From Parcubacteria group bacterium Gr01-1014_30 (lineage in GTDB: Bacteria > Patescibacteriota > Minisyncoccia > Minisyncoccales > 2-12-FULL-40-12), in NCBI GenBank assembly GCA_007376185.1, contig VMFS01000005.1:1-46617 (forward strand): DNA of 46,617 nt. Direction: 5' to 3'. The notes under the pieces were generated by a model. It was not told where the DNA came from, made no database searches, and saw only the letters and a program-made list of their open reading frames with translations. Below, piece after piece: positions 10,391-18,707 of this stretch; within the stretch, counting starts at the first letter, position 1; every line of letters begins with the position of its first letter. Both the position numbers and the translations under genes were made by a program.

Positions 10391-10776
10391 ACAAACTGAA
10401 TATGAAACAGAAAATCTTGATGATAGAAGACGACCATTTTTTACGGAAAGTTTATCGAGACAAGTTAATTAGGGAAGGTTTTGATTTTATTGAAGCAACC
10501 AATGGCATTGAGGGGACAAATAAAATTATTTCTGAGAAACCAGACCTGGTTTTATTAGATTTAATTTTGCCCAAAAAAAATGGCTTTGACGTATTAATTG
10601 ATGTGAAGAGGAATAAAGAGACCGCTAACATTCCGGTTATTATCCTTTCCAACCTGGGTCAGGAGTCAGATGTAAAGAGAGGACTCTCTTTGGGGGCAAA
10701 GGATTATTTAATTAAGCCGGAAGTTGGTCTCTCTCAAGTGATAGCAAAAGTGAAAGAATGGTTAGTTAGAAAGTGA
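10387..10776 (+). CDS. Single-domain response regulator (REC)
   Basis: ILMIEDD, PDLVLLDLILPKKNGF, VIILSN, GAKDYLIKP. Confidence 0.93.
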   Translation: MNKLNMKQKILMIEDDHFLRKVYRDKLIREGFDFIEATNGIEGTNKIISEKPDLVLLDLILPKKNGFDVLIDVKRNKETANIPVIILSNLGQESDVKRGLSLGAKDYLIKPEVGLSQVIAKVKEWLVRK

Positions 10777-10782
10777 TTTTCA

Positions 10783-12468
10783 ATGAAAGTAGATATTGAA
10801 GGTCTTAAAAAAATTTTGGTGGATTCAAATTTAATTTCTGAAAGGGATTTTAATTTGGCGACAAAGGAAGCCAAAGAGCAGAAGAAATCCCTGCAAGATT
10901 TAGTTGTTGAAAAAGATTTAATTTCTGACGAAGAACTCGGTCAGTTAATTGCTGACCAAATTGGCTTTCCTTATATCAACCTTAGCAAGGCCAAGGTACC
11001 AAAAGAAATTTTAGAAATTGTTCCCGAGCTGGTTGCTAGAGAACAAAAAATTATCGCCTTTGACAGGACCCAAGAGGGTTTAAAATTGGCAATGGCCAAC
11101 CCCGAGAATTTAGAGATAAGAGAATTTATTGAAAGAAAAAGCGGCGAAAGAGTCATACCTTATTTTGCCACCTCAAAAGATATTGAAGATGTTTTAAAGT
11201 TTTATAAGAAGGGAATCAGAGTAGAACTGGAAAAATTGGTAGGCAGAACTTTAAAAGAAGTTGAGCAAAAAACAAAAACGTCCGAAGAGCTCCAGCTGCC
11301 AGTTATTAAAATTACGGAACTAATTTTAAATTATGGTTATGAAAACCGAGCTTCGGATATTCATTTGGAACCCTACAAAAATAAAACAATCTTGCGGTAT
11401 CGAATCGACGGAGTGCTGCACGATGTTTTGACCTTGCCAAAATTTTGCCACGATCTTTTGGTCTCGCGAATTAAAATTCTCGCCAAACTGAGAACCGATA
11501 TCCACGAGATAGCTCAAGATGGCCATTTTTCTTTTGAGGTTCCTGCCGAAAAAGTTGATGTTAGGGTTTCAGTGGTGCCGATTGAAGAAGGCGAGAAAGT
11601 GGTTTTGAGATTACTTTCTGAGCGTGTCCGTAAATACGATCTTGAAGATTTGGGACTGCTGGAGGAACACGCCAAAATTATTAGAAGGAATATTAAAAAA
11701 CCCTGGGGAATGACTTTAATTTCGGGTCCGGCGGGCTCTGGGAAAACTACCACCTTATACGCGGTCTTGAAAATTTTAAATACCAGAAACGTTAACATTA
11801 TGACGATTGAAGACCCGATAGAATATGACATAGAAGGGGTTAATCAAATTCAGGTCAACCCAAAGACCAATTTAACTTTTGCCGAAGGTTTAAAAGCAAT
11901 TGTTAGACAAAATCCGGATATTATTATGGTTGGCGAAGTCAGAGACATAGAAACAGCCAAATTAACGGTCAATGCCGCTATGACCGGCCACCTGGTTTTA
12001 TCAACTTTTCATGCCATAGATTCTTCCACCACTTTGCCGCGCCTATCCGACATGGGGACAGAGCCTTTTCTAATTACCTCAACAGTAAACCTGATCATCT
12101 CTCAAAGATTGGTTCGCAAAATTTGTCCCAAATGCATTGAGAGTCATAAAGAATCTTTCTCAGAAATAGCCAAGCTTTTGGGAAGAGATTTAACTCTCAA
12201 ACCAAAAACAAAGGATGAAACTTGGCTTTTTAAAGGTCGGGGTTGCCCTCTTTGTCAAAAGACCGGCTATTTTGGCAGGACAGGTATTTTTGAAACCCTG
12301 GAAATGCAAGAGCCAATAAAAAAATTGGTTATGACCAAAGCCAATGCCGATCAAATTAGAAAGGCAGCCCGAAGCCTCGGAATGAGAACAATGATTGAAG
12401 ACGGTTTTGAAAAAGTTGAAAGAGGCATCACCACCTTGGAGGAAGTTTTAAGAGCCATTAAAGAATAA
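10783..12468 (+). CDS. pilB: Type IV pilus assembly ATPase (PilB/GspE family)
   Basis: ASDIHLEP, RYRIDGVL, GPAGSGKTTTLY, TIEDPIEY, PDIIMVGEVRD, tetra-Cys motif. Confidence 0.95.
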   Translation: MKVDIEGLKKILVDSNLISERDFNLATKEAKEQKKSLQDLVVEKDLISDEELGQLIADQIGFPYINLSKAKVPKEILEIVPELVAREQKIIAFDRTQEGLKLAMANPENLEIREFIERKSGERVIPYFATSKDIEDVLKFYKKGIRVELEKLVGRTLKEVEQKTKTSEELQLPVIKITELILNYGYENRASDIHLEPYKNKTILRYRIDGVLHDVLTLPKFCHDLLVSRIKILAKLRTDIHEIAQDGHFSFEVPAEKVDVRVSVVPIEEGEKVVLRLLSERVRKYDLEDLGLLEEHAKIIRRNIKKPWGMTLISGPAGSGKTTTLYAVLKILNTRNVNIMTIEDPIEYDIEGVNQIQVNPKTNLTFAEGLKAIVRQNPDIIMVGEVRDIETAKLTVNAAMTGHLVLSTFHAIDSSTTLPRLSDMGTEPFLITSTVNLIISQRLVRKICPKCIESHKESFSEIAKLLGRDLTLKPKTKDETWLFKGRGCPLCQKTGYFGRTGIFETLEMQEPIKKLVMTKANADQIRKAARSLGMRTMIEDGFEKVERGITTLEEVLRAIKE

Positions 12469-12474
12469 TATGAA

Positions 12475-12653
12475 CCCCGTTCGCTGCAGCTCCGCTGCAT
12501 CTCACGCCTCGGATTTCGTCCTCGGCGTTAGAAGTCCTTGGCAGAAAAAATTGCGAAGAAAATTTTTTCTGCGCAGGACAGACGGGGTATAATCAATAAA
12601 CAATGTCTGTCTGAAATTAGTTTTCACTATATAAGGGCAGACTTCTAACGGGG
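12475..12653. mobile_element. 179-bp composite inverted-repeat element (CCCCGTTAGAAGTC/GACTTCTAACGGGG) with TGAA direct repeats and a nested 44-bp insert
   Basis: TGAA at 12471-12474 and 12654-12657; nested insert 12482-12525 flanked by CGTT; inner hairpin gcagaaaaaatt/aattttttctgc. Confidence 0.85.
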
Positions 12654-13693
12654 TGAAAGAGGAAGTAATATTTTTTACTGAACACTTATCTTTGATGCTT
12701 AAAGGAGGCGTCCCCATTGTTGAAGTTTTGGAAACGTTAAAGAGCGGAATCAAATCGGAATCTTTCAGAAGAGTTCTTGACGATATTTCGAAAAGTATTT
12801 TAGAAGGGAAGAGTTTGTATTGGGCCCTGGGCCGCCATAGCAAAATTTTTGATCAATTTTATATCAGCATAATCAGGATTAGTGAAGAATCGGGAAGTTT
12901 AGAAGAAAACTTAAAGTATCTATCACAGAAACTTCGCCGTGACAACGAGATGAAGAAAAAAGTTAAGGGAGCTTTGATCTATCCAGCAATAATTGTTTTT
13001 CTAGCTCTGGTTATTACTTTTACCACCACTCTTTTTATTTTGCCGAAAATTACCAATCTTTTTCAGTTTTTAGAAATTGATTTGCCGTTGGCAACTAAAA
13101 TTTTAATTTCAGCTACCGTTTTTTTTCAAAAATACTGGCTTTTCATTTTAGTCGGGATAATCGCGAGTTTTGTAATTTTAGGATTTCTGCGAAGGTTAAA
13201 GCTGTTTAAACTTTATTTTGACAAGATAAGTTTATTTTTACCCTTGTTTGGTCCAATCATGAAAAATTTTAATTTACTCTTTCTTTCAAGAACCCTTTTT
13301 ACGCTTTTGAAAAGCGGAGTGCCGTTAATTCAAGCCCTAAGAATATGTGCTGAAACCGTTCCCAACGAGACCTATAAAAGAAATTTGCTTTCGGTGAAAT
13401 TGACAGTGGAGAGAGGAGAGAAAATTAGCAGCGGGTTAGAAAAATTTTCCAAAATTTTCCCGCCCGTTTTTTTCCAAATGGTTTTAGTTGGGGAAAGGTC
13501 GGGAACACTGGAAGAAAGTTTGCTTTATTTGGCTGAATATTATGAAGAAGAGACCGACGCAACCTTAAAAAATCTTTCCAATATTTTAGAACCAGCTCTG
13601 TTAATTTTGGTTGGCATTTTTGTTGCTTTTGTAGCCATAGCCGTTATTGTTCCAATCTATAAATTTACCGGTCAACTACGGTTTCGTCAGTAA
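12653..13693 (+). CDS. pilC: Type IV pilus platform protein (PilC/GspF family)
   Basis: FTEHLSLMLKGGVPI, EESGSLE, GALIYP, LLKSGVPL, MVLVGERSGTLE, LEPALL. Confidence 0.93.
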   Translation: MKEEVIFFTEHLSLMLKGGVPIVEVLETLKSGIKSESFRRVLDDISKSILEGKSLYWALGRHSKIFDQFYISIIRISEESGSLEENLKYLSQKLRRDNEMKKKVKGALIYPAIIVFLALVITFTTTLFILPKITNLFQFLEIDLPLATKILISATVFFQKYWLFILVGIIASFVILGFLRRLKLFKLYFDKISLFLPLFGPIMKNFNLLFLSRTLFTLLKSGVPLIQALRICAETVPNETYKRNLLSVKLTVERGEKISSGLEKFSKIFPPVFFQMVLVGERSGTLEESLLYLAEYYEEETDATLKNLSNILEPALLILVGIFVAFVAIAVIVPIYKFTGQLRFRQ

Positions 13694-13696
13694 TCA

Positions 13697-14137
13697 ATGC
13701 CCAATAATCAACCTGGTTTTACTTTGTTTGAAATTTTATTGGCAGTGGCAATTCTAGCTATTTTAATTTCTATAACCATCCCGCTTGGTTTAGATTTTTA
13801 TAAAAGTCAACAGTTAGAAGCTAATACTCAGGGAATTTTACAGACCTTAAGAAGAGCTCAATCAAAGGCCATGTCAGCTGAGTTAGACTTTCCTTGGGGT
13901 GTATATTTAACCAACGATAATTATATTCTATTCAGGGGCAGCTCTTATGCGTCTCGCGACTCCCAATATGATGAAGTTTTTGATTTGCCCTTAACCATTA
14001 GCTTATCAGGCATTTCAGAGATCGTCTTTTCCAAACTGGAAGGAAGACCAAATGTTACCGGAGATATTATTTTGAGTAGCAGTTTGGATGTTATGACAAT
14101 AAACATAAACGAGGCGGGAAGAGTAAACCTTCAGTGA
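13697..14137 (+). CDS. Minor pilin / pseudopilin (FimT/GspH-like)
   Basis: GFTLFEILL class III signal, LRRAQSKAM, C-terminal INEAGRV. Confidence 0.85.
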   Translation: MPNNQPGFTLFEILLAVAILAILISITIPLGLDFYKSQQLEANTQGILQTLRRAQSKAMSAELDFPWGVYLTNDNYILFRGSSYASRDSQYDEVFDLPLTISLSGISEIVFSKLEGRPNVTGDIILSSSLDVMTININEAGRVNLQ

Positions 14138-15009
14138 CGATGCTGGAAAAAGGACAATCACTTTTAGAATTAATATTGGCAATGGGGATTTTTGTGACCG
14201 TTATTGCCGGCTTGAGTTTTTTTGTCTTAGACAGCTATATTACAGGCCGTCTATCTTATGAAATTAGTAAGGCGGATTTTTTAGCTCAAGAAGGCTTGGA
14301 GGCGGCAAGATCAATAAGGGATAATAATTTTAATGATTTGGTTGCGGGTAGCCACGGACTAACAATTACCCTTGGGCGCTGGACTTTCCAGGGAACCCAA
14401 GAAGATGTTTCCAGCCAGCTGACGCAGGGGATAAGACAAATTCAAATTGAAAATATTGATTCTGATACAAGAAGAGTTACCTCAAGCGTAGCTTGGCTAT
14501 TTAGCGAAGGAAGAAATCAAGAAGTTGAGCTGGTTAGCTATTTGACAAACTGGCAGAAAACTTCTGGCGTTGAAATAAGAAAACCAACTGTTCATAACGA
14601 CCCGTCGCCCAGAAGAACCACCAATGCCGGTAACGCTTATGACTACCCGGACGGAACCACCTTTGCTACAACTAACTATGGCGTTAACAAGAACCCCTCA
14701 ATTACCTTTTACAATTGGCAACTACCAACCCAAGCCTACAACTCTTTAGTCCTAAATTATAGATATCATGCCGGTCAAGCTGCCAACGACCGATATGCTA
14801 TTGCTTATTCAACCACTGGTTGCGCCGGAACTTTCACCAACTTGATTTCTCCGACTTCCTCGGGAGCTCCAGATACTACGGTTTCAGTTATTTTGGACGC
14901 CAGCCAGAATTTGTCTTTGCTTTGTTTGAAAATCTATTCAACGAGAACCGGGTCGTCTGATAACGCGAATCTTTACACCAGAGACATTTGGACTGAAGGA
15001 AGTTTTTAA
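14134..15009 (+). CDS. Minor pilin (PilV-like) with extra C-terminal beta-rich domain
   Basis: KGQSLLELIL class III signal, AQEGLEAARSIRD. Confidence 0.8.
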   Translation: MTMLEKGQSLLELILAMGIFVTVIAGLSFFVLDSYITGRLSYEISKADFLAQEGLEAARSIRDNNFNDLVAGSHGLTITLGRWTFQGTQEDVSSQLTQGIRQIQIENIDSDTRRVTSSVAWLFSEGRNQEVELVSYLTNWQKTSGVEIRKPTVHNDPSPRRTTNAGNAYDYPDGTTFATTNYGVNKNPSITFYNWQLPTQAYNSLVLNYRYHAGQAANDRYAIAYSTTGCAGTFTNLISPTSSGAPDTTVSVILDASQNLSLLCLKIYSTRTGSSDNANLYTRDIWTEGSF

Positions 15010-15010
15010 A

Positions 15011-15628
15011 ATGGAAACCCCGCCCTTTCTCCACTCAAGACTTCAGGTTAGTCAACCGCGTAAGGCGAAGCCGCCTATCGGCTTTGGCTATATATTACCT
15101 CAAGCTATCAGTGGAGAAAGGGCGGGGTTTACCTTAGTTGAACTTTTGATTTATACTGGAATTGTTGGCTCAATTTTAGTTGTGACTACCGGATTTTTAT
15201 GGAATATCGTTTTTGGCAGTATCAAAGAAACCGCTTATCAAGAGGTTCAGCAAAATGGAAGATTTGTTCTATTGAAAATGACTCAAGAGATTAAAAAGGC
15301 CTCGGCAATAAACAGCCCCATACCAGGTTCTTCTTTGAGCACCCTTTCTTTGGCCATGGCTAGCAGTTCTTTAAACCCTACAGCGTTTGACGTAATTGGC
15401 GGACGTTTGAGAATTACTCAAGGCAGCAGCAGCCCTTATTACTTAACCAGCGATTTGGTAACTGTAAGCAACATTCAATTCAGCAATCTTTCGTATCCTG
15501 CCACCCCAGGCGCAGTTAGAGTTGAAATGACCATTGAATATATCAATCCCGAAGCAAGAAGCGAGTATCAAGCGGTGATTGATTTAGTTTCTACGGTTTC
15601 TTTGGTTCCTGGGGGAGCCCAACCTTAG
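15011..15628 (+). CDS. Minor pilin (PilW/GspJ-like) with an abnormally long leader
   Basis: GFTLVELLIY at residue 39; leader encoded by a palindromic element. Confidence 0.8.
   Translation: METPPFLHSRLQVSQPRKAKPPIGFGYILPQAISGERAGFTLVELLIYTGIVGSILVVTTGFLWNIVFGSIKETAYQEVQQNGRFVLLKMTQEIKKASAINSPIPGSSLSTLSLAMASSSLNPTAFDVIGGRLRITQGSSSPYYLTSDLVTVSNIQFSNLSYPATPGAVRVEMTIEYINPEARSEYQAVIDLVSTVSLVPGGAQP
15015..15130. mobile_element. Inverted-repeat element (CCCCGCCCTTT family), in-frame in the pilin leader
   Basis: Perfect 21-bp IR aaaccccgccctttctccact / agtggagaaagggcggggttt. Confidence 0.8.
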
Positions 15629-15641
15629 TTTCAAAGTTTTT

Positions 15642-16022
15642 ATGCAAAATCGCGGTTTCATAGCTTTAATAACGATTTTAATGGTTTCTGCCGTTGCCTT
15701 GCTAATTGGTTCAGGCCTAAGTTTTCTTAGTATTGGCGAAGCTAAAATGAGTTTACAGAAAAATAAATCTTCCCAAGCCCATTATTTAGTTACAGCTTGC
15801 GTTGAAGAAGCATTAATGAGGTTAAAAAACAACATCAATTATCCGGGAAATGAAATTATCAGCTTGGCTGAAGGTTCTTGCCAGGTTCTGCCCATTGTGG
15901 GCAATTGGACTCTAAGGGTTTCAGCCGATTACGCAAATCAAGTCAAGAAAGTGAGAGTTATAATCAACCAAGTTAATCCCAGTATGGAGATTTCTTCCTG
16001 GCAGGAGGTTGCTGATTTTTGA
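15642..16022 (+). CDS. Minor pilin (PilX-like)
   Basis: RGFIALITIL leader, ACVEEALMRL, C-terminal SWQEV. Confidence 0.75.
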   Translation: MQNRGFIALITILMVSAVALLIGSGLSFLSIGEAKMSLQKNKSSQAHYLVTACVEEALMRLKNNINYPGNEIISLAEGSCQVLPIVGNWTLRVSADYANQVKKVRVIINQVNPSMEISSWQEVADF

Positions 16023-16034
16023 GCAAGGCGAAAA

Positions 16035-16133
16035 CCCCACCCTCTATGCTGTTTGTTTTTTTCTAAAAAGGAATTAAAATACGTGTGGCGCTAACAAGTC
16101 CTCGCGGTAAAAATTACTGCTTAGAGGGCGGGG
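16035..16133. repeat. Intergenic inverted-repeat element (CCCCRCCCTCTA family)
   Basis: ccccaccctctatgc / gcttagagggcgggg (13/15 IR), plus outer gagca/tgctc. Confidence 0.7.
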
Positions 16134-16149
16134 TGCTCACTGTGGTCGC

Positions 16150-17250
16150 ATGTTTAATTTTTTTGGTCGCAAACCTTTTGGGCTGGATATATCTGACTAT
16201 TCAATTGAGATGATTTCTTTGTCTGGCTCGCCAGAAAGTCCACGGCTGCTATCTATGGGCAGAGTAACCTTGGCAGCAGGCATAGTTGAAGATGGAGTTG
16301 TCCTCAATAAGGAAAAATTAAAAGAGCGCTTATTAATTTTGGTTGAAAAGCCGGAATTCGGTAAATTAAAAACCAGACAAATTATTTTCTCTTTGCCTGA
16401 GTCAAAAAGCTTCATTCACATTTTGCCAACGCCTCAGGTTGTCTTGGGGAGAAAAGAAAGGCAGGAAGTTGAGTCACAAATTGAAAGAATTTTCCCCTAC
16501 CCCTTGTCAGATCTTTACTTTGATTATAAAATAAGGCAAGGCGCCGCTTTTGCAGAAATTTTAGCTGTAGCCGCGCCCAAAAAAGTTGTTGATGATTACT
16601 TAGAGGTTTTCAGAAGCTGTCGGCTTTTACCAATTGCTTTAGAAATTGAATCGGAAAGCTTGACGCGCTCTTTGGTAAACGAAGCAGATAAACCATTTTT
16701 AATCGCCGATATTGGAGCCAGAACTACCAATTTTAGCGTTTTTGATGAAAATGGTTTAAGATTGAGTATTTCTCTGCCCGTTGCCGGCAATAGATTAACC
16801 CACATTTTGGCTGAAAAACTAAAGGTTTCTTGGCTCCAAGCAGAAAATCTTAAAAGAGAGGTTGGCCTTAATCCGGATTTAGAAAAAGGAAAAATCTTTT
16901 TAATTTTGCAAAAAGAAATCCAAAAAATAATTTCAGAGATTAAAAAAATTGATGACTACTTTCAAGAAAAAACCAAAAAAGAAATCAAGAAAATAGTTTT
17001 GGCCGGCGGTTCGGCTAACTTGCCCCGTTTAGCTGATTACTTAAGTGAAAATTTGGAGAAGCCAGCAATTGTTATTGACCCGTGGATTAACATAAATATT
17101 GACATTTTGCGCGGAAAAGAATATCTGAAAAAAGCCCTGTTGGTTGACCCCGTTCTTTACTCTAGCGCCATTGGTTCAGCTTTAAGAGGGTTGTTCGATC
17201 AACCTGAAGCAGCTGGCTTGAATTTACTTCCCAAAAGCCGAGAAAAATAA
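16150..17250 (+). CDS. pilM: Type IV pilus assembly protein PilM
   Basis: FGLDISDYSI, IADIGARTT, IVLAGGSANL, AIGSALRG, C-terminal LNLLP. Confidence 0.92.
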   Translation: MFNFFGRKPFGLDISDYSIEMISLSGSPESPRLLSMGRVTLAAGIVEDGVVLNKEKLKERLLILVEKPEFGKLKTRQIIFSLPESKSFIHILPTPQVVLGRKERQEVESQIERIFPYPLSDLYFDYKIRQGAAFAEILAVAAPKKVVDDYLEVFRSCRLLPIALEIESESLTRSLVNEADKPFLIADIGARTTNFSVFDENGLRLSISLPVAGNRLTHILAEKLKVSWLQAENLKREVGLNPDLEKGKIFLILQKEIQKIISEIKKIDDYFQEKTKKEIKKIVLAGGSANLPRLADYLSENLEKPAIVIDPWININIDILRGKEYLKKALLVDPVLYSSAIGSALRGLFDQPEAAGLNLLPKSREK

Positions 17251-17252
17251 AA

Positions 17253-17317
17253 CTCCGCACCTTTTCTGCACAGATTGCATTTCATCGCGCAAGGCGCGGC
17301 GCAGAAAAGGTGCGGAG
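17253..17317. repeat. Intergenic 65-bp inverted-repeat element
   Basis: Perfect 17-bp IR ctccgcaccttttctgc / gcagaaaaggtgcggag with inner cgcgc..gcgcg hairpin. Confidence 0.8.
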
Positions 17318-17358
17318 AAAGGTCGAAAACAATAAACTGTTAAGATATTTTTTAAATT

Positions 17359-17808
17359 ATGGCTCAGTTCTCAAAGGGGTTTACCTTAATTGAGCTTCTG
17401 ATTGTCATTGGAATTCTAGTAGTTTTGGTGGCTGCCAGCCTTATAGCCATTAATCCTTTTCGGCAGTTTGCCCAGGCTAATGACGCCAACCGTCAGGCCG
17501 GAATAACCAGTCTGATAAACGCAGTTTATCAAAACGTTATTGACAATCGGGGCGCCTTTGCTTGTGCGACAGCTATTCCTACGGTGGCGACCGTAATGGG
17601 TTCTGCCACAACATCAGGGCAATATAATATATGTTCTTGTATTGTCCCAAATTATATGGGAGCGCTGCCTTTTGACCCCCAAACCGGAAGCTACACCAGT
17701 TGCACGACTTACAATACCGCCTACACTATTCTCAGAGACGCTACTACTGGCAGAATTACCATTGCGGCACCTGCAGCTCAACTAAGCACAATTAGCATAA
17801 CCCGATAG
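17359..17808 (+). CDS. Type IV pilin (probable major pilin)
   Basis: KGFTLIELLIVIGIL..AINP..QFAQANDANR, YMGALPFDP. Confidence 0.9.
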   Translation: MAQFSKGFTLIELLIVIGILVVLVAASLIAINPFRQFAQANDANRQAGITSLINAVYQNVIDNRGAFACATAIPTVATVMGSATTSGQYNICSCIVPNYMGALPFDPQTGSYTSCTTYNTAYTILRDATTGRITIAAPAAQLSTISITR

Positions 17809-18039
17809 GCGATTACTTGAAGAGTTGCCACAATAATAAAAGCATGCTCAAATATTCCTGTTACCAGCTAGGAAATTTTTTGTCTTTTCCTGCTACACAA
17901 GTAGGTTTGACAATGCAGTAAAAGTTTGTAAAGATTTACAGAAGGAATAAGACCCTGTGGATAAGTTGTTATTGCAATCTTTTAATATGGGTTTATAATT
18001 AACCAATGGTCGAATATTAATATAAAAACATTAATAAAT

Positions 18040-18705
18040 ATGGAAGAAACAAACAAAAAATACGCGGTGAGCAACAATTCCAGCAATCGCAGTTGGTATA
18101 ACAGTTGGCATGGTAGCGCTCAACATGCTTTGATCCATTGGGGTATTTTTCTGATTATTGCCGCGCTAGCTTGGTCCATAGTTCAGGGTAGAGTATGGAA
18201 TTGGGTGTTTAGTTTAAGCGCGCCAGAGCCAATAGTGCGCTTGGTTAAATCCAGCGCCCAACTCTTGCTGGATCCCCAAACCACGGCCGTTACCGAAGGA
18301 GAAACATTCTCAGTAGACATAACGCTGGATAGCGGCCAAGGTGGCGTAGACGGCGTGGATATTTATTCCTTGAATTACGACCCAAGCTTGCTGCAAGTTG
18401 TGGACAGCGATCCGGAAAAACCAGGAGTCCAGATAGTGCCCGGCGACGTCTTGCCGGTTAATGTCTACAACTCTGTTGACACAAAAGCTGGTAATATTAA
18501 ATTTTCGCAGTTGACGAACCCCGGCACTACTTTTACCGGTCGCGGTGTTTTGGCCACAATTCCTTTTAAAGCGCTGTCTGCCGGTATTGCGTATCTTACT
18601 TTTGACTTTGTCAAAGGCAGCACAGTTGATAGCAATGTGGCTTACGCCGGAAAAGACCGCTTGGATCGCGTAACTGAAGGCGTTTACACGATTATTCCAA
18701 AATAA
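18040..18705 (+). CDS. Membrane-anchored cohesin-domain protein
   Basis: TM helix, then GETFSVDI..VDGVDI..YDPSLLQVVD..G.G.LATIPFKA. Confidence 0.75.
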   Translation: MEETNKKYAVSNNSSNRSWYNSWHGSAQHALIHWGIFLIIAALAWSIVQGRVWNWVFSLSAPEPIVRLVKSSAQLLLDPQTTAVTEGETFSVDITLDSGQGGVDGVDIYSLNYDPSLLQVVDSDPEKPGVQIVPGDVLPVNVYNSVDTKAGNIKFSQLTNPGTTFTGRGVLATIPFKALSAGIAYLTFDFVKGSTVDSNVAYAGKDRLDRVTEGVYTIIPK

Positions 18706-18707
18706 AC

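Noticed and set aside
12502-12843. 113-aa minus-strand ORF across the pilB-pilC element as a possible transposase
   Set aside because: Mostly antisense to pilC, with no DDE, HUH or recombinase motifs.
17956-17964. Perfect DnaA box (TGTGGATAA) suggesting oriC
   Set aside because: A single box with no cluster and no dnaA/dnaN nearby; at most a regulatory site.
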